Shown here in pieces: positions 36,102-50,188 of a DNA stretch of 64,000 bases. The notes under the pieces are model-generated. The model was not told the origin of the DNA. It made no database searches and worked only from the letters and a program-made list of their open reading frames with translations. Location of the stretch: contig OX597823.1 in assembly GCA_951406725.2 (NCBI GenBank), forward strand, positions 19,406,001-19,470,000. The letters are read 5' to 3'. This DNA comes from Octopus vulgaris (lineage: Eukaryota). Both the position numbers and the translations under genes were made by a program. Each line of letters starts with the position of its first letter. Position 1 is the first letter of the stretch.

Positions 36102-38041
36102 GAGGAGTAAGCGTCTTATGAATTATTTAAGCCTATGCACTGAAAGCTACTTTACACAGAAACCTAGTCTTAAGGTATCATAACATAATAAAAGGGTAGA
36201 CCCCCTTCGATCATGAATGACCATGGGATTGCACCTGGGTAAGGTTGTTTATGGAAGACCAGCAGTCGCCCATGTATAACAGCCTCTTCACTCCATGCCG
36301 CCAATGTTATCCAAGAGAAAGGCAAAGGGGCCGATACAGCTTGGCACCAGTGATGTCACAACTCACTTCTACAGCTGAACGAACTGGAACAACATGAAAT
36401 AAAGTGCCTTGCTCAAGAACACAACACGCAGCCCACTTGGGTCAACTTGGCTGATGAGGCCGGATGTTGAAATACTCGAACCCCCTCCTACTCCCTGCCC
36501 CCCACGAAACTTGTTTTTTCTAGCGGTGTCATATGAAATTGTCACCCATAATTATGACCCTAGAATCGATCTATTGCATTTCAATCTGTTTTAGAGTTAG
36601 GATTATGGTTAGGGGTGGGGGGAAGGGTATCTTTTTTCTTCACAAATGTAAATAAACCCAATCTGTTTCTTAAACGAGGGACATATTCATACGGCACAGA
36701 ATGCTTTTTACCTCAATAGACGTCACTAATTGGTTGAAATTGCAGAAATTGAAGGAAAAACAACAACAAATATCTTACAAACTATAGAATTTTCCCAATA
36801 AAGCCAAGAGAAAAAGATGTTTTATAAACACATTCTACCAGTATACGAAGTTTAAAAGTGTTTAGTTACGTGGAAATTATTAAAAAAAACTGCCGTTCAA
36901 GCCGAAAAGATCCGTAATCTCTACTTTTTCCATGCTTGCACGGGTTGGACAGAATTCACTGAGGTAGATTTTCTACGGTTAGATGCCCTTCCTGTCGCCA
37001 ACCCTCACCTGTTTGCCAGCAAAACAATATTTCTCTTTGGCCATATATATTTTCATGGAAGTCTAGAAATGAACGGTACTGCTTGCATGATGGAGACGTT
37101 CACTAATAACCGTCACATGATGTCGAAACAAGGACACACGCATATGCATAATGGCCTTCTTTCAGTTTGTGTCTACCAAATCTGCTTTGGGGCTTTTTTG
37201 GAAATAGGTCAATAGTAGAAAGAAAAAACTTGGCCAAGGTGCCTTGCTGTGAGACTGAACCTGAATCTTTGAGGTTCAGAAGCAAACTTCTTAAATCACA
37301 CAGCCATGAGTCTTACTATGTACGCACACACTCATATTGACTGTCACGGTTCCTATGTAGATATATATTTTTTGTATGCATGGACTCGGAAAGGTAGTGA
37401 GCTGGTAGAACTGTTAGAGTCTCAGTTAGAATGCTTTGCAGTATTTCTTCTGGCATTCTGTGTTCCGGGTTCAAATCCTGCCAAAATCAACACAACCGTT
37501 TATCCTTTTGGAAATGAAGTTTTCTTCTCTCTCAATAAGTACCAGGCTACGTTCAGCCCGGAAAGAGAGAGAAAGGAGGGTTCTACTACTTTGAAATGCC
37601 GAACACACACAATGGGTTCCTACAACCCCATTGAGAGTTAAGGGACCAAGAAATGATGTATATATACTTATGAGTATATGTGTGTTTGCAGTTGTTTTAA
37701 CTCATATATAGGACACATGTAAGAAGCATATGCGTGTGTATACGAACATGTGCGTGTGTGTATATGAACATGTGCATTTAATGATGAAATATCCTTATAC
37801 ACAAGCTTACGTGCGTGGGTGTGCATGTATCCACATGTCTATCAATGAAGGTATGTATATGAATCACATATGTTAATGCGTGTGTGATTTCCCACATGTC
37901 ACACCACGCACATGTAAAGTTGTTGCACAACAAATGTGTGTGTGTGTTTCCATATTTAAGTCTTCGCAATGTTTGTGCCACACACATGCACAAGTAGTGT
38001 ATATAAACATATGTACTGACATATAGACAGATACACAAGTA

Positions 38042-38086
<45 letters not shown>

Positions 38087-38115
38087 TAATATGTACATAT
38101 ATACATACACACACA

Positions 38116-38812
38116 CACAGAGGGTGCGATGGGTAAATTGTCGCCATTTTGTATTTTTGATTTCGCACATTGTTTTTTTAAAATTTTGTCGACTACACAG
38201 TATAGTAGGGTCAGTTGGGCACCGTCTATAAGAAAAACAGCACCGTGATGCAATTCACTCTGCTAGAAATTCGGAAACGATATGCTGTACTGCTTGGCAT
38301 TCGCGCCGGAAGCTCCAATACAAACTGATGGTGGACACATAGAAAAATCGTTTGCTTGCCGTGTCCCCCAAAACATGTACCGAGTGCGATTAAACCCAAA
38401 CGTCCAGTCAACATCATGGTGCTTGTAGTGATTACTTGTGATGGTGACGTTATGCTTCCATTCATCTTCCCATGCGGCCTCAGACTCAACACGGAGGCCT
38501 ACATCAAGTGCCTGGAGGAGGTAGTGCTGTCCTGGGTCAAGAGAGTGGCTACTGAAAGACCCTGTGTCTGGCAACAGGACTCTGCACCATGCCACAAAAG
38601 TAGGAGTACTCACGGCTGTCAGACGATTTTTGCGACCACATTACCCTTCACATCTGGCCACCTCAGTTTGTAACCCCCATGATTATTATGTGTGGGCCAC
38701 AGTTGAGCGAGAGAGCAACAAAGATCCTTGTAACATCAAAGATGAACTGAAGGCAAGGATTATGGCAGCATCCACCAACTTAAACAAGGAGACCGTCCAG
38801 AAGAGTTGCTCC
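38116..38812 (+). mobile_element. degenerate Tc1/mariner-superfamily transposase fragment (catalytic domain)
   Basis: Translates IMVLVVITCDGDVM...WQQDSAPCH, then after a frameshift CNPHDYYVWATVERE...DELKARI. These are the DDD/E catalytic motifs, with frameshifts. Confidence 0.85.
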
Positions 38813-39193
38813 TCGCCCCGACATTCGAAACTCCGAGTACTATAATGACAACTTACTGTTTGTCCTAAATTATACAGATATAAATAATCCTCTATTTACC
38901 TAATATCGAGGCAAATCTAGCTGAAGAAGACTAATCAAACTTACGATAGCAAACGTGTTTGAAGAGTTCGAAACCTAGGTTCTAGATTATCCAATTCTGG
39001 GTTATCCATTTATCTAATGTTTTTCCTAGAGGTAAGACGAATTTTTTTTATATTCGCTGCCCTCACACGTCTCTGTCGGTAAATACACAGGGAAGCTTTA
39101 CTATAGCGTCGTAAATTTATCGATTGCTATTTGCAGTAAACATTGGTGCATTGTTGTATCACTAATCTCTCTCTCTGTAGATGTGTAAGTGTA

Positions 39194-39254
<61 letters not shown>

Positions 39255-39296
39255 CATACATATATATATGCACGCGCGCGTGTGAGTATAATGTGT

Positions 39297-39340
<44 letters not shown>

Positions 39341-40278
39341 CACACATGTATATATTATACATACATATATCATCACTTAACTTAGTTTTCTATGCTGGTA
39401 TGGGCTGGGCCAGTTCCACAGGAAAACTTCACGAATCCCTGCTGTTTGCTTTGGCATGGCTTCTTTGGTTGGATGCCGGTCATGTGTATATATAGATAGA
39501 TGGATAAATATTTAAAAAGTAGAAACGGGGCAAATTTAAGGCTGGCTTCAGGTACCCTTTCTAATACCAGTGTCACAATAAAGCGCAACCAGTCGGCACT
39601 ATAATAGTTAACAATAAGATATACAGCTTTAAAAACATGGACACCATCAGCCCATGACACACGTACAGAAAGGTAAGTGGACTCCACATGGAGCAGCAGG
39701 TAATATAAACTCAAACACAATGCAAAAACTCAAGACATAAGGTAGGTAGCCGAGACTATTTAGTCAATGTTACAGACAATCTCTCTAGCACCTAAGAAGA
39801 CTCACAGAAGGTGAGATACTTTGAGACCAGTCAAACCCACGCAACCATGTAAAAGCAGGATATGATGGTGATAGTGATATGCACATAGATGTAAACAAAT
39901 ATTGCCCACATTCATACTGAGCTATATATATATAAACACATGCACACACAGAATAAACAGCACATAGATGTAGATAAGATAACAAAAAGCTCTAGACACT
40001 CAAGCAGTTCATACATAGTCTGATATATAGTTTTTAAATACGGCGTTTACGATCTATACTAATGATATTCTTACAAAACAGGTGTAGAAATACTTCTGTG
40101 AGAAAAACTGGTTATATAACGTCACCGTAACTGAGGTAGTTTGAAGGAAGGAACTTGAAATGGTTTTGTCAGGTAAATTAGAAGACCACAAAATAAATAT
40201 GTATCAGGCATTGTGGTTAAGAATTTCGCTTTGCAACCACGTGGTCTTATGTTCAGTCCTACTTTGCATCATCTAGGG

Positions 40279-40552
40279 CAGTGGTTCCCAAAGTGGGCGG
40301 TATTGCCTCTCTGGGGGGCGATAGAAAGTTCCAAGGGGGCATTGAAGGAAAGTGGGGCGATAATAAGGGGTAGCGATTCATGTAAAAACAAGATAATGGG
40401 TTCATTAGGTTAAGTTTTATTTGTGAAACACAGTTGCCTTGAATTTGCTTCAGGAAGAAATCTGTGTTTGTGATGGTTAGTTGGGGTGGGGCGGTAGGAA
40501 TGTGGCCTGAGTGTCAAGGGGGCGGCAGCCCGAAAAAGTTTGGGAACCATTG
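40279..40552. mobile_element. hAT-type MITE inserted in a decayed SINE
   Basis: TIRs CAGTGGTTCCCAAA / TTTGGGAACCATTG; degenerate 8-bp TSD atctaggg/atttagag. Confidence 0.78.
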
Positions 40553-42028
40553 ATTTAGAGTATGTATCTTTTATTATAGCCTTGAGCAGACCAATGGCTA
40601 GTGAATGAATCTGGTAGACAGCAAATGTGTGGCAGCATGAGAGAGAGAGAGAGAGAGAGAGTGTGTGTGTGTGTGTGTGTATGTGTCTGTATCTTGGTTG
40701 GGTCATTACACCAATGATAATAAACACACACATTGGTTCACTATATCACTTCTTTATTGTTGTCAATAGATTGTTTAGTGTGTTGGTTAAACAATCACTT
40801 GGTTGATCGTTTGACCAGCACATTAAACAAATGATCAATTAGTTAGTTGGTAAGACATTTAACCAAATGACTAACAATAAAGAAGTGATATTGAACTAGT
40901 ACGTGTACTTATTATTACTAGCGTACTGATCCTCCCAAGACACATGATCTGCTTCGACACACGTGTGTGTGTGTGTGTGCACTCACACAATCCTCATTGC
41001 CATTGTCATTATAATGTCCCCTTTTCCATGTTTGTACAAGTCAAATGAAACTTGAGACACAGCTCTCTATTGCCGGATGCTCTTTCTGTCAACAACCCTC
41101 AAATGTTTCTAAGCAAAGGAATAATATTTCCTCTGGTCCTTCCAACAAGAAGCAGAGCAATGGATGAATATGTTCCTGTGGAAGAGTTGTGAAAAAATTG
41201 ACACTTCTTGTAAGAGAGCACCAATATCAAGGCATAGGAAACACACAGAGCACCTTTTTCTTTGCTCAGGGGTCAGACAGAATTTGTAGAGGAAGAATTT
41301 TTAGGTGCTGGAATTTGAGTTGGAAGCCCTTCTCGTTATCAACCCTTACCTGTTTGCAAACAAAATAATATTTCCCACGACCTGTCGTGTTTTCATTCAT
41401 GGAAGATCAGAAATGAACAACATCGCTTGTATGACGGTGAAGCTCACCTACGACCATCATGCAATGTCAAGAAAGAGAGACAGGCTTCATTGAGCTTCCA
41501 TCTATCAAATCCATTCACAAGGATTTGGTTGGCCTGGGGCTATAGTAAAATAAAATAAAAATTTTTAAATAAAAAAAAATAAAACCTTGCCTAAGGTGCC
41601 ACACAATGAAACTGAACCCAAGACCACATGGTTGGAAAGCAAGCTTCTTAACCACCCAGCCAAGGCTAGGCGCAGTTACATGTTTTCTGATAAAAAAAAA
41701 AGAAACATGGGTGTTTGTAGAAATGGTCAGTGGTAAGAGAATGTGGTGGATAAAAACGAGACTTGAAGGGGAGGAATTGATGGCTGCATTGCAGAGGGGG
41801 AGACGGAACGCAGCATTACAAGGAAGGATGCACATATGCACACGTACACGTGCACATATCATACACACCTATGTAGACATCCTGATATCTCATAAACAGC
41901 TAACAGTCAAATAATGCACTCATTAATTAAATAGGGCGTGGTTTGAGGGAGATTTTGCTCCTATTTCTTAAAATAAAATATACGAATTTCAACATCTGTG
42001 AGATGTTGAAAGATAATATATATATATA

Positions 42029-42095
<67 letters not shown>

Positions 42096-42159
42096 GTGTT
42101 TCATTTTCTAGTTTCCGAATACAAAACAGATATGTACCTCAAGACAGTTTAAATTTGTA

Positions 42160-42224
<65 letters not shown>

Positions 42225-43416
42225 AAGAGAAAGAGAGAGATAACTGCTGTCTATTTTAATTTTATATATATGCACACACAAGCACACATAGACTAATGTG
42301 TACACACACACATCAAATAAAGCCAAACTGTGGGTGAAATAAAAAAAGCAAACAGATTCCTTTTATGCTTTTGATGTGCAGAAAATGAAGAGAGATGTGT
42401 GTATATATCTCTGTGTATGTCTTAATCTATCATTTTTGAGCATGTTTAACAATAACTTCTGGTAAAGATGAGTAGACTCAATACTGAATATAGAGTCAAA
42501 TTTATTAAAAATTTCATTTCAACAAAGACCTTAAGTTTTGCCTAACAGCATATTCGACCACTCTTGTCACCCAGATTTTCTCTTAGTTACATTATTCTTT
42601 GAAGCTCCTTTTCTCCTAACTTTTCCTGAAATATATTTCGACTTTTATGGCTTCAAGTACATTACTAGTCTTCCACCGTTTGTCTGGCTGGAACCTTCCA
42701 CAGACCTCGAAGAATCAGTAAATTCTATTTGTAGAGACTTCCTCTTGTCCTCTATGTTATTGATCTCTCTCTTCCTTCTTTTTCTCACTCATGTTGAGAA
42801 TCATTCTGAACATATTTTTAAGAGAAATATATTTTAGTTTCTACACCTTCCTTCTTCATTATGTTGTTTTCTCTTTCTCTCTCTCTCTCAGTCTGGCTAG
42901 CTCTTAATCAAAAGTCACTAATGAGTTGCTTATGATGTACGATGGGTGGTACACTCTTCAACGTGGGGGAGAAGACTTACTATTCACAACCATTAGACTA
43001 TCCAGATTTCTCATGGGAATGAAGTCTATCTGGCTTGCATGTTTGCCTCGTTGAAAGGTAATTAAGTGGTTGGTTGGTTTCCTAAAGTTTGCATTGCAAA
43101 TTGTTAGTTCATTTGTATCAGAGAGCTCCAGAAGCTTTGATTCCCCCCCTCCATTCCTAGAGCCGTATCCATAGCCACCAGAAAAGCCATCATATGATGC
43201 TCAGCAAGTCCATTATTATTCGAGATAATGATGCTATTGTCACTTATAATTGAAGTTGGTTGCAAAAATAGGACTGGATGTTGTGCACATGTAGAGAAAA
43301 TAGTCACTGTTGATTTACTTACAACAAATCTAAACTTAATCATTCTGTTGCATATTCATGGCTATTCTTGTTATTTTATCAATTGATTTCTCTGCCACCG
43401 GTATGCCTGTTTCATT

Positions 43417-43644
43417 TAACCCTTTCATTACCAACCTGGCTGAAACCGGCTCTGGCTCTGTAGTACTAATGTCTTATTTTCATAAGTTTTGAATTAAAAT
43501 ATTCCACCAAACCTTAGTTACAATTTATATTCCTAACACTAGCTGAATAATAACTAAGTTATTTTACTAAATTCTTTGTTATATTTAAAATAATTGAGAG
43601 AAACACAGAGCATCTCAAAATAAATCCAGTAATGAAAGGGTTAA
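43417..43644. mobile_element. piggyBac-type MITE (reverse orientation)
   Basis: TTAA-CCCTTTCATTAC ... GTAATGAAAGGG-TTAA termini. Confidence 0.82.
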
Positions 43645-43829
43645 ACAAGCATTGTTACCTTACCCAGCAGAATTCATACCTGTGTTCTTTGCCTGTTAAA
43701 ACTCTTGCTGAAGTTCTCCCCTATCTTGTCTCAAGAATGCAGCACACATATTCTTGCTTTCATTCCAGCATCTCTACAATCTCAACATCTCAGTACATCT
43801 ACCTATCCCTGATAGTTAGTTATATCCTA

Positions 43830-44135
43830 CTTACGCCAAGACTTATTCAGTGAGCTCACTTCAGGCAAGAGACCACGGGGTTGCCCTCTTCGAAGACACT
43901 GAAAGCCACTGGACTCGAGCCTAAATTGTTTGAGCCACAAGCCTGAAACTGTACCAAGTGGCAGTGTTCCATCACAATCGGAACCAAAAACTTCAAAGCC
44001 AACAGAAGAGACAAGAGAGAAAGGTTCAACAAAATTACCCCCGTCCTCCACCAACATTGCCATGCAGTCAATGCCATCATCTCTTCTATGCAAGAATTGG
44101 TCGAAAGAGCCATCAACGGCATCACCATAAAAGAA
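43830..44135 (+). mobile_element. degenerate RTE-like LINE C-terminal fragment
   Basis: Frameshifted pieces LPRL.SELTSGKRPRG, KTLKATGLEP and CSQCHHLFYARIGRKSHQRH, the terminal C2H2-like motif of RTE ORF2. Confidence 0.72.
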
Positions 44136-44729
44136 GCGTTCAGCAAAGATGAATCCAAACTCTTGGATACAAGATAAATCTGCTGCCGCCAACTATGCTA
44201 GTCATTCGGTTACAATATCTCCATGAATCACCCAATGTTTTTGTTATCTAATGACTTTATCAGATGGACCTGCTGCTTCTCGTGTCTTCATAACCTTTGT
44301 AATCCAATGTATCACTGTGGAATTTCTCTTGAGCAAATTTCATTCACAAGGCATTGGTCAACTGAAGGCTGTAGTGGAAGACGCTTAACCAAAGTGCTGC
44401 CTTGTAGTAGGATTGGATACAGAACTGTGAGACAGCGAAATGAACTTCCAAACAGACAAACATGCTAATACACACACACACACTAATATGCATGCCTGTA
44501 TATATGAATACACATGCATGTATAGACAAAAGTTCTTGAATCAAAGATCAAGAGGACCAACACTCCAAAATGAATTCAGTATAAGTAAAAGAGAACCGCA
44601 GAGCAAATAATTACATTTGCTAAAACATTAAATCTGTAAAATATATGTGTGTGTGTGTGTGTGTGTGTATGCATGTATACACATACTTGCGTGAGTATAA
44701 ATATACACACACCACACGTGTGTATGTAT

Positions 44730-44763
<34 letters not shown>

Positions 44764-45481
44764 ATGTGCACACACACACACGTACACTCACACACATCAC
44801 TAAGTTGCACCAAGTTAATAATATTTGTCATTCAATGTTAGGGTGGAGTCGTGTTAAGAGACGAAATATGAAGCGAAAACCATCTGGAATTTATTAGGGA
44901 AGAATGGAAAACAGGTCCAGTCAGCAATTTGTGAGATGCTGCACTCTTTGGTGATCAGCAGCAAACGGCTGCAGTAGAAGGATGAATATGATGAGATAGA
45001 TTCCATATTGTGGCTGCTGTTTAGCCCATGGTCAGCTCTCATTCAGCAGAACCATATGGAAACATGTTCCTGCCATGACTATCTTGTAAATTTTGTACAT
45101 TTAAAACTAAATTTAAAACTAAGTTGTCTCATGTCTGTTTTGTTTTTCTTTTGTTTTTGTTGTTAATTAGTAGAATGTGATTTGAGAGGGACTCTGTCAC
45201 TCTTTCTAGGAGGTTGAATAATAATGTAAAAAAAACCCTCCTTGTTGATATAAATGTATCTACAACTACATTATTCAATGTGTCCTTCATTTTTTTTTGT
45301 TTTTCAAGGCAGTATGATAAGATTTAAAGGAGATATAGCTGCATTTTACACCTCTTATAACAGCCGAAGAGGTTATATGACCTGCTAGAAACAGCAGCTA
45401 AGCTGCTCTTCAATCACATCCTACTGACAATAAAAACAAACATACTGAATAATACCTGGCTATCTGGTCAGAGGCCTAATA

Positions 45482-45526
<45 letters not shown>

Positions 45527-45963
45527 GGGGTAAAGACCCCCTTCGGTCATGAATGACCATGGGATTGCACCTAGAAAGTTACCCTCCTAGACACAAATAT
45601 ATATTGTTGTTATTATTATTATTATTATTGTTTTTTGTATTTATATTCGTGTGGCATCGTCCGTTTTTTCTGTCCTTGTTTCATATACATTCGATCCTTT
45701 TCCCAAGAAATCTAATGCTCGTGGCTTAGTTTTTCCTTGGGGCTGGCCAGATTGGAGCGATCTCGGGATTGGTCAGCCGAGGTTGCGAGGATGGTCCGGT
45801 TCTTGACTGAAGGTTGGAGGCTTCGAGTGACCCGTCCGTTTTTTTTTGTGTCGTCTATTTGAATGTTTTGCGTTCTTGTCCCATTTTGTATTTTTATATA
45901 TATTTTTTATACAATATATACATATATATATATACATATATATATATACATATATATATATAC

Positions 45964-46002
<39 letters not shown>

Positions 46003-46299
46003 AAACCAAGAAAGAGAGAGAGTAAATTTCAAAGGTCAGTGTTCATATTCACTCAATATATTTCAAAGTGTTGGAATACTTCACAGCATACATAGGTGCA
46101 TTCATATACGCAAGATATAATATAAAAATATATATAAATATGTAAATACATAAATATACTTGCGAGGTTGTATGCCTGTATTAAAATCAATGAGGATATT
46201 AAAATATGCAGATGGTGAATGCAAATAGCTACGAATGTTGGCATAAAATGATTTTAAAAAGAATCTTGGGCAGGTGCAAAGTCTGATGGCTGTTATATA

Positions 46300-46356
<57 letters not shown>

Positions 46357-47077
46357 TATATGGCTGTGTAGTAAGAAGTCTGCTTCCCCACGACATGGTT
46401 CTGGGTTCATTCCCACTGCGTGGCACCTTGGGCAAGTGTCTTCTACAATCGTCTTGAACAAACAAAAGCCTTGTGAGTATATTTGGTAGATGGGAAACTG
46501 AAGGAAGCTTGATGTATATATGTATGTGTATCTTTGTGTTTGTCCAACACCCTCCACCACCACCACCACTTGAAAACCGGTGCTGGAGTGCTTACGCACC
46601 CATAACTTAGCGGTTTGGTCAAAGAGACCAATAGAATAAGTACCAGGCTTAGCAACAAAAAAAAAAAAAAAAAAGGTACTGGGGTTAATTCATTTGACTA
46701 AAATTCCTCAAAGTGGTGCTCCAGCATGGTTGCAATCTAATGATTAAAACAAGCAAAAAAACACACACAAAAAGATTTACACATATGTACAGAAGCACAT
46801 AAGAATCTCTTAACATTCATAAAAAACATTCCCCATATCTAATCTAAACTTAAGTTCACATAAAACCTGAATGCCTGCCCCCTCCAATGTCAACTGTCAT
46901 TTTACAGACCGCAGCTGTCAGTATCTGTGTAATGGATGGGCTATTAGTATAATTATTCTAAGACACATTCTTCACATGAATGGGTTAACAATTACACAGG
47001 CCACAAATGTTCATAACATTGTTTAATGCTTGCTTCTTCATAAAGTATTTTCCTGTAATCTTGGATAACAATAATCT

Positions 47078-47730
47078 TTTCTACTCTAGGCATAAGGCCC
47101 GAAATTTTTGGGGAGGTGGGGGAGGGGGCAGTCGATTAGATCAACCCCAGTATGCAACTGGTACTTAATTTATTGATCCCGAAAGGATGAAAGGCAAAGT
47201 CGACCTTGGCAGAATTTGAACTCAGAACATAAAGACAGATGAAATACCGCTCAGCATTTCGCCTGGCGTGCAAACGATTCTGCCAGCTTGCCACCTAAAG
47301 TTATCTATTATACTATTTTTTTACTCTAGGCACAACGCCCAAAATGTTTTGAGGAAGGGGCCAGTCGATTAGATTGACCCCAGTATGCAACTGGGACTTA
47401 ATTTATTGACCCTGAAAGGATGAAAGGCATAGTCGACCTTGGCAGAATTTAAACTCAGAATGTAAAGACAGACAAAATACTGCTATTCGCCAGGCCACCT
47501 AAAATTATCAATTATATTCTTTTTTACTCTAGGCATAAGGCCCGAAATGTTTGGGGAAGGGGCCAGTCAATTAGATCAACCATAGTACACAACTAGAATT
47601 TAATTTATCGACCCCGAAGGGATGAAAGACAAAGTCATCCATGGGAGAATTTGAACTCAGAACCTAAAGACAGACGAAATACTGCTAAGCATTTCGCCCG
47701 GCTGCTAACATTTCTGCCAGCTTGCCGCCT
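47078..47730 (-). repeat. three tandem copies of a SINE family B variant
   Basis: Three ~210-235 bp units, each starting TACTCTAGGCA.AAGGCCC. Confidence 0.88.
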
Positions 47731-48954
47731 TTCTTGGATAACAATAATGATGTAACACTAGTATGAAGTACAAATGCTTAGTATACTTAAACTTCCAGTA
47801 AACTCTGTTATCGTTCTGTTAGTTCTTTCACAGATAAAATCCTGTTGGTAACACTGTACAGCATAAAGTTATTAATTTAACTGTTTAAAAAGTAAACTCT
47901 GCTCACAATCAATGTGTTAATCCTATCGGTGCAGAGCTGATGGTAGCACACAGCAATGGCTTAACAGAACTAGTCTCACAGTAAACCCTGATATTGTATT
48001 AGCCCTTTCAAAGTTCATTGTTGTTGGTAATACTGTATAAACATTATTATTATTAATAAGGTGGTGAGCTGGCAGAAACATTAGCACACCGGGCAAAATG
48101 CTTAGCAGTATTTCATCTGCTGAGGTCGACTTTACCTTTCATCATATCAGGGTCGATGAATTAAGTACCAGTTGAACACTGGGGTTGATATAATCAACTC
48201 ATCCCCTCTCCTAAAACTGCTGCCCTTGTGGCAAAATTTGAAAGCATTATTATTATTATTATTATTATTATTAGTAGTAGTAGTAGTAATATTACCATCA
48301 TCATTATTATTATGAAAAGGTTAAGACTTTTCACAGACCACACTATTCTTACAAAAAAACCTTGAAACCCTTGTTTATCATCGGTGTGTTTTTCCTTCCA
48401 CATCTTAGCAATATTGCAATTCTAACAGTAGCATTTATTCTCATCAATCTGTGGACCCTTTCACACCAATGCAGTAAATAACTTAACTCTATCTCTTCAT
48501 AATTGTACACACAAGTCCTACCCAAATCCAAATCACACTCCATTTACCTCCCTTGTCAGCTCTTCACTCAAAGCCATTCAGTAACTCAATGACTTGGGGT
48601 TTTTTTTTTTTCTTTCTTATATATATTAAAAGGGTTGACTTGACTTAAAGTTATGTTTCCCCAGGCTTGTTCAAACAATGAGCAAACACAGAGTTAGTAT
48701 TTTACCGGAAACTTTCAGTGAAAGGCATGGAGGTTGGAGGGAGCTTTTACTTATGTGAAATAGGGTCACTACATTTGGCTTGCTGTTAGATAATGATATC
48801 AAATTAAACTTTTAATTCATGGAACTGAAACAGTCTAAGTAGCAAAAACAAACAAACAAACAAAACAATATTCTATAAATAGCGACGAATGACCAATGAA
48901 ACAACAGTAGCTATTATAAAGAAAATGGGGTTATATTTATATTTGAAATAAACG

Positions 48955-48996
<42 letters not shown>

Positions 48997-49619
48997 CAGA
49001 TATGTACACACATATGTTGAAACTCAATGGTCAATGAAAGCTGGAAAGAGGAAACAGATAACTGTGTTGGGTGGAGGATTATAAGAGGGTTTAAATGAGT
49101 GGGTGTTTGTGTGAGCTGATTAGTACTTGAACGAGTGTGAATATTTGTGGGCGGAAAGGGTTCTGCAGAATTAAATTCTCAACATTTTGAGATGACTATG
49201 GATGAAGTAATGGAGATTGGTAAATTATTTTTTTTTTTGTCATAAAATAAAATTAGGTTAAAAAGACAAAAAAAGTAAAACTGAAAATTAGAGTTTTAAG
49301 AGCAAAATGTTCGGATGACGCTATAGACTCTCAAACAATATGAAAGCTAAATCAGAATACAGTTTAATGTAGCAATTCACCTCTGCATACAAATGCATGA
49401 ATGCACATGTGCACACACACACACACACACACACACACGTAGATATCTTTTACTGGTTTCATTCATTGAATTGTAGCTAGTGTAGTCATGATGGGTATAC
49501 TGGGCTTCATATATTTTACCCTAGTGTCACTTTGATGGCATGCACTGCTCTCTCACTCAATAATAATAATAATAATAATAATAAGGCAGAGGAGGAGAAA
49601 AAGATTGGAAGTGTTATCA

Positions 49620-50129
49620 TGTACATGTTTTGTTTTGGTTTAAAAGATGGGCTACAGCAAATATTCTGCTCAATACCACAGATTTGCTTGTCAGTTGTTT
49701 GACCATAAGCAGTTGAGCATGTCCCTTAGTGGCTGATGATATGTGCATCTCTGATCATGAGCAGAAGTAGTGGGGGAGCAAAGAATCCCTCTCAACACAC
49801 AGCTATGTGTTGAGAGGGATTCTTTGGGGTTTGAATAATTCACCCCTGGAAACATGGGTGTTTTGTTCATCCTTAAACATCCTTAAACAACTCTTATTCA
49901 GGGACCTTTTGAGTGGGATGGGTTACTCGACCAGAAGAAGATTCTAACTAGGCCCCACCTGCAAGATCATGTGCTGTTTATCTTCATATGAGATCACCAT
50001 GTCGCGCACATATGGTTGTGATGCATATGCCTAGTGTACCCTTATCAGACGGGTACTCATGATGGGTATACTGGGCTTCATATATTTTACCCCAGTGTCA
50101 CTTTGATGGCATGCACTGCTCTCTTACTC

Positions 50130-50172
<43 letters not shown>

Positions 50173-50188
50173 GTAATAATAACAATAA
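49620..50188 (+). mobile_element. retroposon 3' region with (AAT)n tail; a 3' stub is duplicated at 49487-49583
   Basis: Two copies of CATGATGGGTATACTGGGCTTC...CTCAATAATAAT. Confidence 0.6.

Noticed and set aside
38918-38960. CTGAAGA...AAACGT hammerhead-like string (similar partial strings near 7546, 31152 and 62044)
   Set aside because: Core incomplete and stems I/II cannot be formed; consistent with chance or heavy decay.
40132-40152. let-7-like start TGAGGTAGT
   Set aside because: Only the first 9 nt match, the rest diverges from let-7, and no hairpin partner is evident.
43104-43343. 79-aa ORF as exon of host or nested gene
   Set aside because: No recognisable motif and no consistent splice sites found.
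33074-46599. Many ORFs rich in YI/CV/HT dipeptides
   Set aside because: They are translations of (TA)n/(CA)n microsatellites and SINEs, not genes.
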